Assembly: GCA_053919585.1 (NCBI GenBank)
Contig: CM132788.1
DNA from: Euprymna scolopes
Lineage: Eukaryota
DNA: 64,000 bases
Reading direction: 5' to 3' (one strand)
In this document: one piece after another, positions 1 through 12,309 of the stretch
How positions within the stretch are numbered: the stretch's first letter is position 1
Layout of the letters: every line of letters begins with the position of its first letter
The notes under the pieces: generated by a model
The model's database searches: none
What the model was told of the DNA's origin: nothing
Seen by the model: only the letters and a program-made list of their open reading frames with translations
Position numbers and translations under genes: made by a program

Positions 1-490
1 GATGAAAATAGTGTGAACAAATATAGAAACCAGATAATTATTGTAAGTGTTCAAACTCTTGGCTACTGTGCTTCATCAACAGCTGAAGACGCTAAGTGAT
101 TGAATGAAAGACGTTCCTAATCAGTTTAATTGGTATGTTGACACATCTTCTATCAGTGGTTGCTTTCAACTCATTCATTGTGGTTTGTTTTTTTTTGGTG
201 GGAACCCTGTGTTTTATATGCCTGCCACCCCCGTTCGAAAAAAGAGAAAAGTCAAGGGCAGCGGGTCAAATCTAGTGGGCGTGGACAGTACTCGATACTT
301 CCTCTTCGTGCTATCTATTACGCAGGTGACTATCAAGATATGCTCTTACATCATGATGATAGTGGCGAAGTGCTCCATATTGCTTGAAGTTTCATTCGTT
401 ATTCGTAAACATCTCTTGGTAACGTGGTATAGCGTATTCATGTAGCAAGTTGAAATAATTTAAAGAGCGTAGACATTTTATTGAGAAACC

Positions 491-560
<70 letters not shown>
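491..560. repeat. (CT)n-(TA)n compound microsatellite
   Basis: Direct reading: a ctctct run followed by a tatata run. Confidence 0.95.
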
Positions 561-568
<8 letters not shown>

Positions 569-713
569 AAACGGTTAGAAAAGGCAGACTAATGTAAAGT
601 TGTTTTAATAAATATTACTATACATTAAAAATAACATTGTTTTTTTTTTTGCAGTTTTTCTAATAATAAAACATTCCGTTACAGAAAATTGGACCATTTG
701 TTCTTTTTGATCT

Positions 714-744
<31 letters not shown>

Positions 745-1403
745 CTTGTCCTTCCGTTTATATGTATTGTGGTCGTAAGTACTGGCCTGACTTAAGATGT
801 TTGCAGTAAAGTAAAAAAATGATTTAATATGTTCGATTACAACATTTTGGCGTCGGTTGACTGCGTGTGTAATAAAAAGAAATTCACAGCACTCAATGAA
901 AATTTAACGTTTAACGGTAAAATAACCCAGAAGAATGTGCAATTATTTTTAATAAACCTTGGTATTTTTTTTTAATATAATTATTTTTGTTTCAAATTTT
1001 CTAAATGTATAATTTTATCTGAAGGAAATTAAACAGTTCCTTCTTTAAGTTTTTTTTTCTTTTTATCATTCTCTTTTATGCTATGGTATTGGTAATCCTT
1101 GGCATTAGTTGAGGTGTTTGTAGTTAAGACAAACTCAGTGTTTCTATGACCGATTATAGGATTTTGGCGTCTGAAAACGCGTGGGTAAGATATATTAAAC
1201 ACAACTGCACACTCGTCTGGTATTTCTAACCGATTAATCTTCAATTGCTATCGAGTGTTTCAAACAGTGAATACCTTTTTACTATACACGCGTTCGGCAA
1301 ACGGTTGTTAAACATTCAATATATGCCGATGAATATATATGTGTTCAATTCTTTTGTGCATAATAGAATTAAATGACACATCTCTAATACTGACACAAGT
1401 AAT

Positions 1404-1469
1404 CTTCATACCGTCAATTTCTACAACTTCATACCGTCAATTTCTACTTCATACCGTCAATTTCTACAA
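1404..1469. repeat. Three tandem copies of a 20-23 bp unit (cttcataccgtcaatttcta[caa])
   Basis: Three near-identical adjacent units are visible. Confidence 0.9.
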
Positions 1470-1594
1470 CAAAAACATGAAAGCTTCCGCTGATTCATGC
1501 ATAAGTTCAGTTACAATATCAATGCAACTTGCAATCCTCTCTGATAATTTCAGAAAGAATCGAAATGGGAGGCATTACATTTGAAAAAGTCTTC

Positions 1595-1651
<57 letters not shown>

Positions 1652-2869
1652 CCCTTAAATATTAAGATATATAGAAAATAAGATATAGATATTACACGCT
1701 CTGTTGCCTATAAATATTTGAAAAGTNNNNNNNNNNNNNNNNNNNNNNNNNNNNNNNNNNNNNNNNNNNNNNNNNNNNNNNNNNNNNNNNNNNNNNNNNN
1801 NNNNNNNNNNNNNNNNNNNNNNNNNNNNNNNNNNNNNNNNNNNNNNNNNNNNNNNNNNNNNNNNNNNNTGTGTGTATGTTTGAGTATATAAAAGAGTAAG
1901 CTATATAATCTGTGTGAGAAAACCGTTATAGGTATCTATATAGTTTTATTATATGGCACAATAAAAGAACAGATTGATTCAGATAATATATTACATACCA
2001 TTAAATAGGGCGAAACTCTGAGAGTCTTAGCGTGCGATAGACGTACTAAAATGATAATGGAGGAGTGTATATGGGCCAACAGTAAAACGTACGTCATCAA
2101 AATTCTAGCCAATGAAATCGACCCATTATCGTCGGCATTAAACCTGAGGCAAAGTTCGTTGTCGAGCAATACATCGCCCATCCTTCACCAAAGTAACCCA
2201 CACCCCGGGTAAACGATACACAATCAACACAAAACAACTAACGCAATCAACACAAACAAGTACATCTGAATAATCATTATTCTCAGTAGCAGAACGCAAT
2301 GCAATCCCAGGTTTAAAACGATACAGCCTTAAAGAAACCTACATCATNNNNNNNNNNNNNNNNNNNNNNNNNNNNNNNNNNNNNNNNNNNNNNNNNNNNN
2401 NNNNNNNNNNNNNNNNNNNNNNNNNNNNNNNNNNNNNNNNNNNNNNNNNNNNNNNNNNNNNNNNNNNNNNNNNNNNNNNNNNNNNNNNNNNNNNNNNNNN
2501 NNNNNNNNNNNNNNNNNNNNNNNNNNNNNNNNNNNNNNNNNNNNNNNNNNNNNNNNNNNNNNNNNNNNNNNNNNNNNNNNNNNNNNNNNNNNNNNNNNNN
2601 NNNNNNNNNNNNNNNNNNNNNNNNTTTCCTAGATTTAAATCCAGTCACATCCGCGTGATTATGAGAGATTGCTCACTGCAGGGCATATATACTATGTTTA
2701 CTTAGTAAACATTATTGGTTACATATATGCATACATGTTTCAGGACAGTGCCAGTTCAGGGAAAATATTAATGGGGGTGCTCATTACATACTTATATTGA
2801 AACATCCGACAAAGTGCAACTAAAATAGTCTATTGTCGCGCACGGCATTAGTTGGAATGTTGACATGTA

Positions 2870-3877
2870 CTAGGTGTGTCAGAAATTTCGTGAGAACTCA
2901 TGAATAATTCGATCCCCGTCTTTTCCAAGCTTATAACTACTCGAAGAATGTAATTCAAACCCTATATTTTCAATCAAATGCGCATCGAAGAAGGTTTAAC
3001 TTTAAAAAGAACAAAAAAAGACAAACAACGTGGTTTTAAAAAAAAGTTTTAAACTTCGGACTTTACAGGTAAATTTAAAAAAAAACTGTTAATTGTTTTG
3101 TTTTAAATAAGAATATATCATTTATTGATCTTTTATCTTAAATTTATGATATATACTTTTTAATACACATTTCAAAATGGGGAGCGTGAATCAATTCGAC
3201 CCCCTGTCTTTTCAAGCTTATAACTACTCGAAAAATGTAATTCAAACACTATTTTTTTCATTTAAAGGAGCACGGGCCAAGGTTTAATTTAAAATAAATT
3301 ACAAAACGGGTGTTTTTTTTTGTTTTGTTTTTTAAATAGTTTTAGACTTCGGACTTTGCAGGAAATTTCCAAAAAACTGTTCTTTTTTCTGATTTAAATG
3401 TGAATATATTATTTATTGATCTTTTATCTTCAATTTGTGATATATAAAACGTTGGCACATAAATAGATTATTTACTTTTTAGTAGACATTTCAAAATATG
3501 CGGGGCGTGAATTAAAAAAAGTTCGTCTAAATTATTATATTCGGTTTATTTGAAAGAGCATTACATTTCATATTGACCCTGAAAATATCGTAAAAATAGA
3601 ATCAATAGAAAAAATGTGATAGATTTTTAAAGTTTAAATATTGAAAAATTCTGAACTCGTAAAATTCAAATAATTTCATTACTGTTTTTTTTTTTTAATA
3701 AAAAAAAAACATTTCTGTTACTATTTATCCAACTGTAATAGTTTATTTTGGAAGTATAATCAATAAAGAAAATAAACAACCCACTTTTAAAAGAGACATT
3801 ACGAGTTTTCTTATATTTTATTCGCAGTTTCGTGTTAGGCGTGTCAAAAATTCCTACAAAAATTGTGATACACCTAG
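2870..3877. mobile_element. Non-autonomous TIR DNA transposon (~1 kb) with target-site duplication and an internal ~290 bp tandem duplication
   Basis: The left end ctaggtgtgtcagaaattt matches the reverse complement of the right end (ctaggtgtatcacaatttt). acatgta is duplicated at 2863-2869 and 3878-3884. Internal units ~2905-3192 and ~3193-3512 are similar. A diverged copy lies at ~37269-38570. Confidence 0.75.
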
Positions 3878-6800
3878 ACATGTACTTACATGAAGTATTA
3901 TCGTAGAACAATTAGGAAACAAACCCCAAATTAACCAAAAATTCTAACTTTACGCCTAAACAAAAGAACTGTATGAACTAAATACTCGATACATAAGATT
4001 AAATATGTGCTCTTTATGCACCCATGTCTTAATAGTATAAAGACCCAAACCCTGAAACTAAACATATAAATATAGCAAATGTATACATAGTATAGTATTT
4101 ATTTTTAGTATTAAGGAAGTAATAACTACCCGAACGAAAATAAAAAATGACAACAATCGAAAAAAGTTTATATATACATATGGATACATTTGTCACGATT
4201 ATTACCGCAAACATCACTGTATAGAAAAAACATAACTACCAATATACCATATTTATTTAAATCTCATTTATAAGCCTATATAACCATGTTTCAGAGCTAC
4301 TAACCTGACTATGATTACATATGGCTTATTTGTAAACAAAAAATAAGTAAATAAAGAAGGAACCGGAAGAACGAAAAAAAAAAAACTAAAGAAAGAATAG
4401 CGAGGAATAAATAAGTAAATTAATATATAAAAAAATAAAAAAAATAAATTAAAATAAAAAAATAAATTAAAATAAAAAATAAAAAGCCTCGACAATAGGA
4501 AGTCGCCAGTAGAAAAGAAAAGACAACTATAAACAATCTAGCACATAGGGGGTAGCGATGAAAATAATATAAAAATTACTTAAGATAAGAGAAATATAAA
4601 AAATAGTCGCCAGACTAATAAAAACCTAATAAGCTCCTGACTGTTAATAACTTTGCCGTATGAAACTATACTTCCCTCCCTATAACCCACACTCTAAAAA
4701 CTGGAAAACTAAACACAAATGACTGAATAAAAAGCGGTAAATAAATAAACAAATAAATAAGAAGTACATATAAAGAAATAAAAATAAACGTGTCAAAACA
4801 AAGTAAAGTCGACACAGATAAAAGATACACACCCATAAAATAACATAAGATATGGAAAAGTTTTAATAAAGGTAAATAAATAACCGCCAAGCTAAAAAAG
4901 TCAACAAACACATTACACCTAATGACAGTTTAAACACGCGAAACCGTACTCTATACCCTTAACCCCTTTCTCTATCCCCCCAATTCTACTTCTAACATTT
5001 ACAAATATACACCCAAATTATCCCGGAAATGTTGACCGCACTAAAATATCTTATAAACACCAATGTAATCTTGACATCTGATTCTAAACTAACCCTCTCC
5101 CCTCATCTGATTAAATGCTGTCCCAGTTTACAGGACTGATGCTGATTATCCGTATTTGTAACGTTTACCAATCATTGTTTGCAATACTAAGTTTTGTTCT
5201 TTAATTAAGCAACTATAGTTATTGGAAAAGAAGGGCTAATGCAATTTTCGGTTGGATTGTGAACGGATTACAACGTGTGAATAATTAAAAGCATTACTAG
5301 TGCTATATGTATTACTAAAATATAGCAAGCTTTTCCCCGATAAAGGAATAAAGGCACGTCGTCGAAGTAGATTCAAATTTGACAAAAATAATATAATTTT
5401 ACTTAATGTCAATTAATTCGGTAAACTTAATTCACTCGCCAAAAGAAAAACATCTCATAGTAAGTGTCTCCCTTATTTTTACGAAAACCTGATTAATTGT
5501 TTTAAATTCCTTCTTTTTTTTAATTTTTATCCTAAATCATCTGAAAATCTCAAATTGACTTTCCTGTTGAACGTTTGTAAAATGAACTCTCCTCTAGAAA
5601 AATTAAGAACATCTATTTCATAAATGTGTAGAAGTCTGTTCCATCTTTTCCTATCTTGATTTTCATTAATATATTCATTGGCATCGACATCTTCCCCCCT
5701 ATTTATATATTATGTTATCTATAAAATTCCCATGCCGGGTTCATCGTGCACTTTTTTGTCAGGCAAATATAATAGCAAAATCCTGTACGCTCACGCGGTT
5801 CTTTCCATGATTAAATCGCCGGAAAATACTATGTTTCTATGGACTTCTTCTTTTTCATATTCCATGCTAGCCGTGTCGTACTCTCTGCCACGTGTAACTG
5901 CGTGGGAAACGCACTGGTCTAAAAATATTAAAACCTAAACAGCGCAAGAGAAAACACAGACTACAGCACAAAATTCCCTACATACTCCGACACATTTCGT
6001 AGATGTAATTTAGGCCCTGGGTGTTTGTGCTGCATTATCTCGAAAAAAGATGTAGACACATAGGTCTACATATATGTATTCTGCCGAAACCCCTTTTTTG
6101 TAGATTTACAATCTCCTCCGTGTCACGACCTGCACGTCAGCTCTTAAACACTCGTCAGCAGCCAACGTTCACAAACTGTCTCTAACTGTTGTAAACTGTC
6201 GGTAAATTCACTGTCATCCTTAAAAATGTCAGCACACTAACCGCAAATACATGACTAGTATGTCCGATAATCTATCTTGCACTTTCGCACCTTTATTAAC
6301 AATCCCACTTCAGCTGCTGTTGTGTGTTGTCAATTGTCTTTGTGCTAAACTAATTTTCTTTTACTTTTTTTCTGCTGATCAATGTTCCCCCTTTTCTAAA
6401 CTGCTTTTTTATGTTTGCTCTCACTTTAGAGGTGTTGATATTTAACAACCTAACGTAAATACGAATAAGAACGACTTCTCAATAGTAAAGCATCTTATTT
6501 ATAATTTACCTAGAGGATATGTAGATGTACTATTTATAGTAGTACAGTAATGCAGGTTCTGTAAATATCCTGAGGAAATAGAATCTTTCACCGATATTAC
6601 GTAATATATTTTTATATTTTAGTACAACATGATGGAGGATTGAACATTTGTCTGGAAAACTATATAAAAAATCATTATACCTAAATAAAAATAAATAAAA
6701 CCTAATGAAAATGTGTAGTCATTGTCATCAATTGATCACTCAGACAATTTTACTGTAAACTTTTTTTTTCTATCTTGGCATAGATCTTTGTTTTCAGTTG

Positions 6801-7704
6801 CATTCCCTGATGGGAAGATAGCTCGATATCACTCATACACTACATACGTGTATATGTTTTGTTTTTTCTTTTAAATTCAAATATTGTGAAATAGGAAAGA
6901 ATTTCTAGTCTCGCAATCAACCTGGCCTGGTTTCCATTACTTATCAATATATCGGTATCAACACTGGTAAAAAAAGTGATGCTCTGAAAGTCTTTCATTC
7001 ACTATACTGTTTATCGATAACAAATTTTGGCAAGAAATCAACTTCCATAATGTTTACGTTGAGATAATAGAATGGCAGTGTGTAGTTGGTTGATACAGGG
7101 AAACATATCCGTACACAGAAAAAACCGACGTCTCTTTCTTTTGTAGCAAACAAAAACATATTTGTCGCAATGCTATTCTTAATTTGTAAAGCGATATCAA
7201 GCTGATGCAGCTTTCAGAATGCGCACACATCATGGCTACTTATTTAAGTAGTCTTTCAAAATATGAATCAATAGAATGTGTTTCTGTCATAGAGTTATAC
7301 ACCGTGTTAAAAAATCGATAGCATAATCGATGAAGTCATTATTTCTATTCATATAAAGTTAATCATCTTTGAACTGTTCACATATTTCTATGTATTAACT
7401 TCGCTACTGACCTAATTAATGTGTTATTATTAAGTTAAAACTCGATGTATGAGATCGAATGTGAGTAATCCGGACTATATTTAGTTTACTATAATTTAGT
7501 CAGAGAGTGTACCTACATGATTAGATACTGCTGATGAAATTGTATCAGATATTAAAAAGCAATGTAGCAGAATTTGGTTACATTTATCTTATAGCCTAGA
7601 TTATTATAATGTGTACCCACTTTTTATGTGCTAAATGTTTTCATCGGGCACTTAGGTAAAATACTGGCGTGTTTTTCTAAAATATCAGGTAATACCATAA
7701 AACT

Positions 7705-8530
7705 GTAACTGCAAAGCAAAAAGAACCACACCTTAACTTTAAAACACTTATTGAAAAAAATCAATTCAATTCAAGTAACATTATTATGTAGTAGAGCTGA
7801 CACTTTTAAAATGCAGTCGCCTTCAGCCTCACTCACCACCTCCATAAAAGTTCGAAACTGGGTGCACGCTTTCCTCACAAACACCGGCGAGAACTCGACG
7901 GATGGCTGATAGATAGCGGCGATCAGACAAGCCTTGCTGTTATGGGAGGTCATATGTGTGATATTCTTGACGTATGAGCAAACAACGTAGTTTAGTTGCG
8001 TTTAGGTCGGGGAGGATGGGGCCAGCGAGAGAAAGGTAAACTTTGTAGTATTCTTTGGGATTGTGGGCCGGCGTCGAGTCCTACTGCCACACCAAGGACC
8101 TGGCACGCGATTGCACCAGTGGACCACCACATTCTTCAGCACAACGAGGTACACTTTCGTAATGATTTCAAGCCGACTTGGAAGATGTGAGGTGGTATGA
8201 TGTGACCCTCACTTGAAACCACACCAAAGGTCATAAATATGGGTCGTCTAATGCGTTTAACCATCTAGATTCGGATTGCGAGTGAGCTGGCAATGGTTCC
8301 TATGTCATGACTGTGATCGGTAGAGAGCATGGGTTTTACTGTCGCGCATCTCCGATTTTGCTCGTTGAGCATTGAGTCAGTTTCACACATGATAGAACAC
8401 TCAGATTGCTCAACTGCCTTACTAGTGGATTGTCTGTAAATCGGTTTTCGTCAAATGGAAATAGAAGAATGACATCTATTCGTAATACTCTGCATTCGTT
8501 CTTTTTTCTGATCACGTTTTATATCAAGAT
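7705..8530 (-). mobile_element. Decayed Tc1/mariner (maT-like, DD37D) element, copy 1
   Basis: Minus-strand peptide MTSHNSKACLIAAI...KACTQFRTFMEVVSEAEG resembles a transposase C-terminus. It is homologous to the copies at 15.5, 27.2 and 48.8 kb. Ends are eroded. Confidence 0.8.
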
Positions 8531-9518
8531 TTTTGGGAAAGCTGTAACAGAACGCGGACGTGCGTATGAAAATACTGAGCTGTGTGCAAAAACACATGTT
8601 ATAAAAATGTTGTATAGGGAGGTGGATTTGCACCAAAACAGTCATATTATACAGTGTGTGGGATTTATTGTTCTTATTACAACAATCGGTATAAGTGTAT
8701 AAAGTGCAGATATTGTTGATTAGCCAGAGGATATTATACTGAAGTATGAACTGAGTCATGCTGTATCAGATAGTTATCACACAGGTATCTATTACAGTTA
8801 ATATCCACATAAGGTATCATTTTATAAGGAGAATAATATATGTTTTATACCGTTATTTCTTCAAGAGTTCTGCTATTTTTTTGCTGAGCTCCGTGATGAA
8901 TAATGAAATGGCACGACACTATAACCAATTGAGACCTTTGTTCTTCCTTTTGTGAAACCACAGGAGAATGCGTTATATTTTTTTAAAATATGAATTTATT
9001 TCAGTTGTCTCAAATATTCTTCACAAAGAGTCTACACTTCCTGTCTACATGCTTATACTTTACAGCTTCGCTTCCTTGCTTGAAGTACGTCTGTTAACTC
9101 TCCTGATCAAACTCAAACTCCTCGACTTATTAAACTTCCGGCCTCTTGACAACACTTCCGTTACATCATCATTCAAAAAACACACGTTCCTCAATGTACG
9201 ACATTTCCACTTATGCCTGACCAAGGTTATTTGTTTATTTAACCTATCTAATTTATGTAAATATATTCCGCTAAAACCCATTGCTACACTTTATTCTATA
9301 AACAGTAACTATCCCAAAATATAAACGTTTTTAAGAATTATCATTGAACAGATAGATAAATAGATAGATAGGCAGATAGATTGTTAAAATTAATTCGTTA
9401 TTATCAATGTTATTATCTAACAAAAAGAACCTGTGCAAAGAGCGGCGATAATGTTCAGCACGTTCAACAGCACTTTCGACAGCACCTTCGAAAAAGCGTT
9501 CTATATGAGAGATGTCGT

Positions 9519-10252
9519 CTGGGTGAGGCCCCGTGTTTTGACAAGCTTCTGGGTTTGACCTTTACTCCTGATCTGAAATGGAACACGTACATCAAGTATG
9601 TTGCCAAGGTCGCAGGAAAGATGGTGGGATCCTTCTACCGCTCCAGAAGATATCTCACTACTGATGCAATTCTCTATCTATATAAAAGCCAAGTACGGCC
9701 AAGGATGGAATACTGTTGCCATATCTGGGCAGGAGCTGCCAAAAACAGCCTATCATGCCTTGACAGAGTACAAAATAGACTTCGTGGTTTAGTGGGGGAT
9801 GCCCTTTTCTCTACCCTGCAACCCCTCTCCCACAGAAGAGACGTTGCGAGCCTATCCTTGTTTTATCGTTATTTTCATGGCAGGTGCTCGTCTGAACTCC
9901 AATCCCTGGTCCCCTCTCGCCAAACTTTCACGAAAAACACCCGTCTAGCTGAATCCACTGTGAAAAATTTCCCCCACTCTATATCTGTGCCTAAATCAAA
10001 ACGCGGATTTCATGAGCAAAGCTTCTTTCTTAGAACTGCACACCTGTGGAACACTGTTCCGTCTGCCTGCTTTCCTCCGGACTACAACTTGGATGTCTTC
10101 AAGTCTAATGTTAACAAATTCCTAATGAACCGCCTTCCTAATTAAACACTTCATAAAATATCCTCACTAACGTGATGTACTTGCAATAACCCTTATCCCT
10201 GAGTGGCTTCCGGGCATTGATAAGTGGTGATCACTGTGTAAAAAAAAAAAAA
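9519..10252 (+). mobile_element. 5'-truncated CR1/L2-group LINE, family A (RT C-terminal frame open to stop at 10145, 3' UTR, poly-A)
   Basis: ORF 9381-10145 contains LLGLTFTPDLKWNTYI, LYKSQVRPRMEYCCHIWAGA, LSHRRDVASLSLFYRYFHG and SFFLRTAHLWN, which are typical of the RT thumb/C-terminus of CR1-group LINEs. A13 tail at 10240-10252. Possible short TSD gtcgt at 9514-9518 and 10254-10258. Confidence 0.92.
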
Positions 10253-12276
10253 GGTCGTTATCACGGTTTAATCGGGAAAGTATCCATAAATAAATTTCGT
10301 TGTTGCGAAAAAAATAAGAGTTGAGTTATTACTTGTCCTATATGCCTTGCGACGTAGTCTGATACAATGTGTTGGTCTACGATGACCGTTACTAAGCAAC
10401 TTTTTAGGACCTAACAATTCCCATAGGCGGTGAAAAATCATTTGACTCTAACGCTAGCAGATACGCTCAAAAGTTGCCAGGGGCTTTTGTTAATGCAAGT
10501 ATCGTTTTAGCAAAATAAATTTTGAGTTTTATTTGTTAAACGTTTATTTGTCTCTATAATTAACTACCTATTTTAAACATGAATAAGGAAAGCACCCTCG
10601 ATATATACTTTTTTACTCAGGCGGTTTGATTGTCTATTCTATATATTTCATTTACATAGCCCAGCCACAAAATAAATAGAGGTCGTCTATGATAAACACG
10701 GAAAACAACGCAGACAACAAACTAACACAATACTAAAATTATTTACTTATTTACACTTAGCCTTTTCTAATATGAAGGGGGTTCCAAGAGCAGTACTCCC
10801 TTTTTTATTCCGATGAATGGATCAGAAGGAATTGCAAATTGTATTTTATGACTGAACTTGTCTTTTCATGATCTGAATACGTTCATCTCACTGTTTAAGA
10901 TATTGACGGTGTTAGACAGTAAGAAAGCAACCCCTGGCATGCCCATGCGTCATAAAAAGATGAGTATCGTTGAATACACTGAGTATTCTACAATATCAAC
11001 GGTCACTAGTTGCAAAGGTAACATGCTTGTCTCTGTAGCTCTTTAACTTTTTTAGTTAAAAAGAAGAACATTTACTTTTAGAGCAGCCCTTATAATACCA
11101 CTTAAGTGAAAACCAAGTCAAATAATTCCATTAGAAGATTAACACTGTTACCTTAATTATTTAAACGAAAATGGTAGAATCTAACATGGTGGAATAACGA
11201 ATCCTAACGTTCCAGCTAATTTAACGTAAAACCAAATATTGTTAATTATTATTCTTTGTGTTAATTAATTTGACGTATTTCGTGAATACAAAATATCTAG
11301 AATATCTCAGATGAGAGTAAGATCCACAGGAAACATAAATTAAAACTGGGCCGCCTTGTAAATGTTACAATAATGGTTTATTTCTGGAAAAAAATATTGA
11401 AAGGGTTCATACATAATCGCGTAAAAAAGAACACATTTGAATCTCATTTGTTTTTACGGTGGGCGTTATTTTGATAAGACAACTTTGGATTAATATATAT
11501 TCTTTTGGAAAATGGCAAACTCAACCACTCAACATAAAATAGATAAGAAAAATACAAATTTTGTACACTGTTCTTATATGATTTCTCTCTCAACCATATG
11601 CTAGGGGAGAATTTCAAAACAAATATTTTTGTTGCCATTTTAGAGTCACGTTTAAAAAGAAGTCATTTTTGCTTCTTGTGTAAAATGGAGGAGTATAAGT
11701 AATAGTAATAGTAGTAGTATGGTCGTTTGTAGCGATAGTTTTCGGGTCGTTCATTGGATGTCGAGCATTTTCGAGAACGATAGGGACGTAAGACTTAACC
11801 CAATTAATTTCTTGTGTAGATCACTTATATAAGGAACGACTTAATCACGGGTAAGATTATTCATTTATGAAAATTTCCCACATTTCATGGTCCTTTTACT
11901 AATTAAATATATTTCTTAAGAAGCACTATTTAAAGATAATCTTTTGTTGATAATTTAAATATTTTACATTTCTATTACATATTTTCCATAAGCAAGTCGG
12001 TTTAAACTCATTTTAAAAAATCTAACACTCAAGCCTCAACTTTATACATTTCGAGTCCTCCATAATTGATATTCTATCGACCATTAATGGGATTAGGTAT
12101 TTATGTAATCGATTTTTATGTAAATTTAAATTACTCCTGAAATATGAGTTATTTAATATTCACGAAATTCTTCAACCAAACTTTGTTCGTATTCAAAGCA
12201 TAAATTAAACTAAATCAATCTCAATCGACCTACACTCACGCGTAGCCGTGTTAAAAATGCTTAATTATCGGTTAAT

Positions 12277-12309
<33 letters not shown>

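Noticed and set aside
80-118. ctgaagacgc...gaaagacgttc as a hammerhead
   Set aside because: Stems I and II cannot be drawn convincingly; it is at most a very old PLE tail.
104-445. 113 aa and 75 aa ORFs at the window start
   Set aside because: No recognisable domain or splice structure; probably a TE-derived or random frame.
1404-1469. Repeat array as CRISPR-like
   Set aside because: Units are adjacent with no spacers, and the context is eukaryotic.
2313-2648. ORFs spanning N-runs (also at 14052, 19462, 20784, 22290, 30367, 31906, 38481, 53747, 61796)
   Set aside because: They are open only because Ns contain no stop codons.
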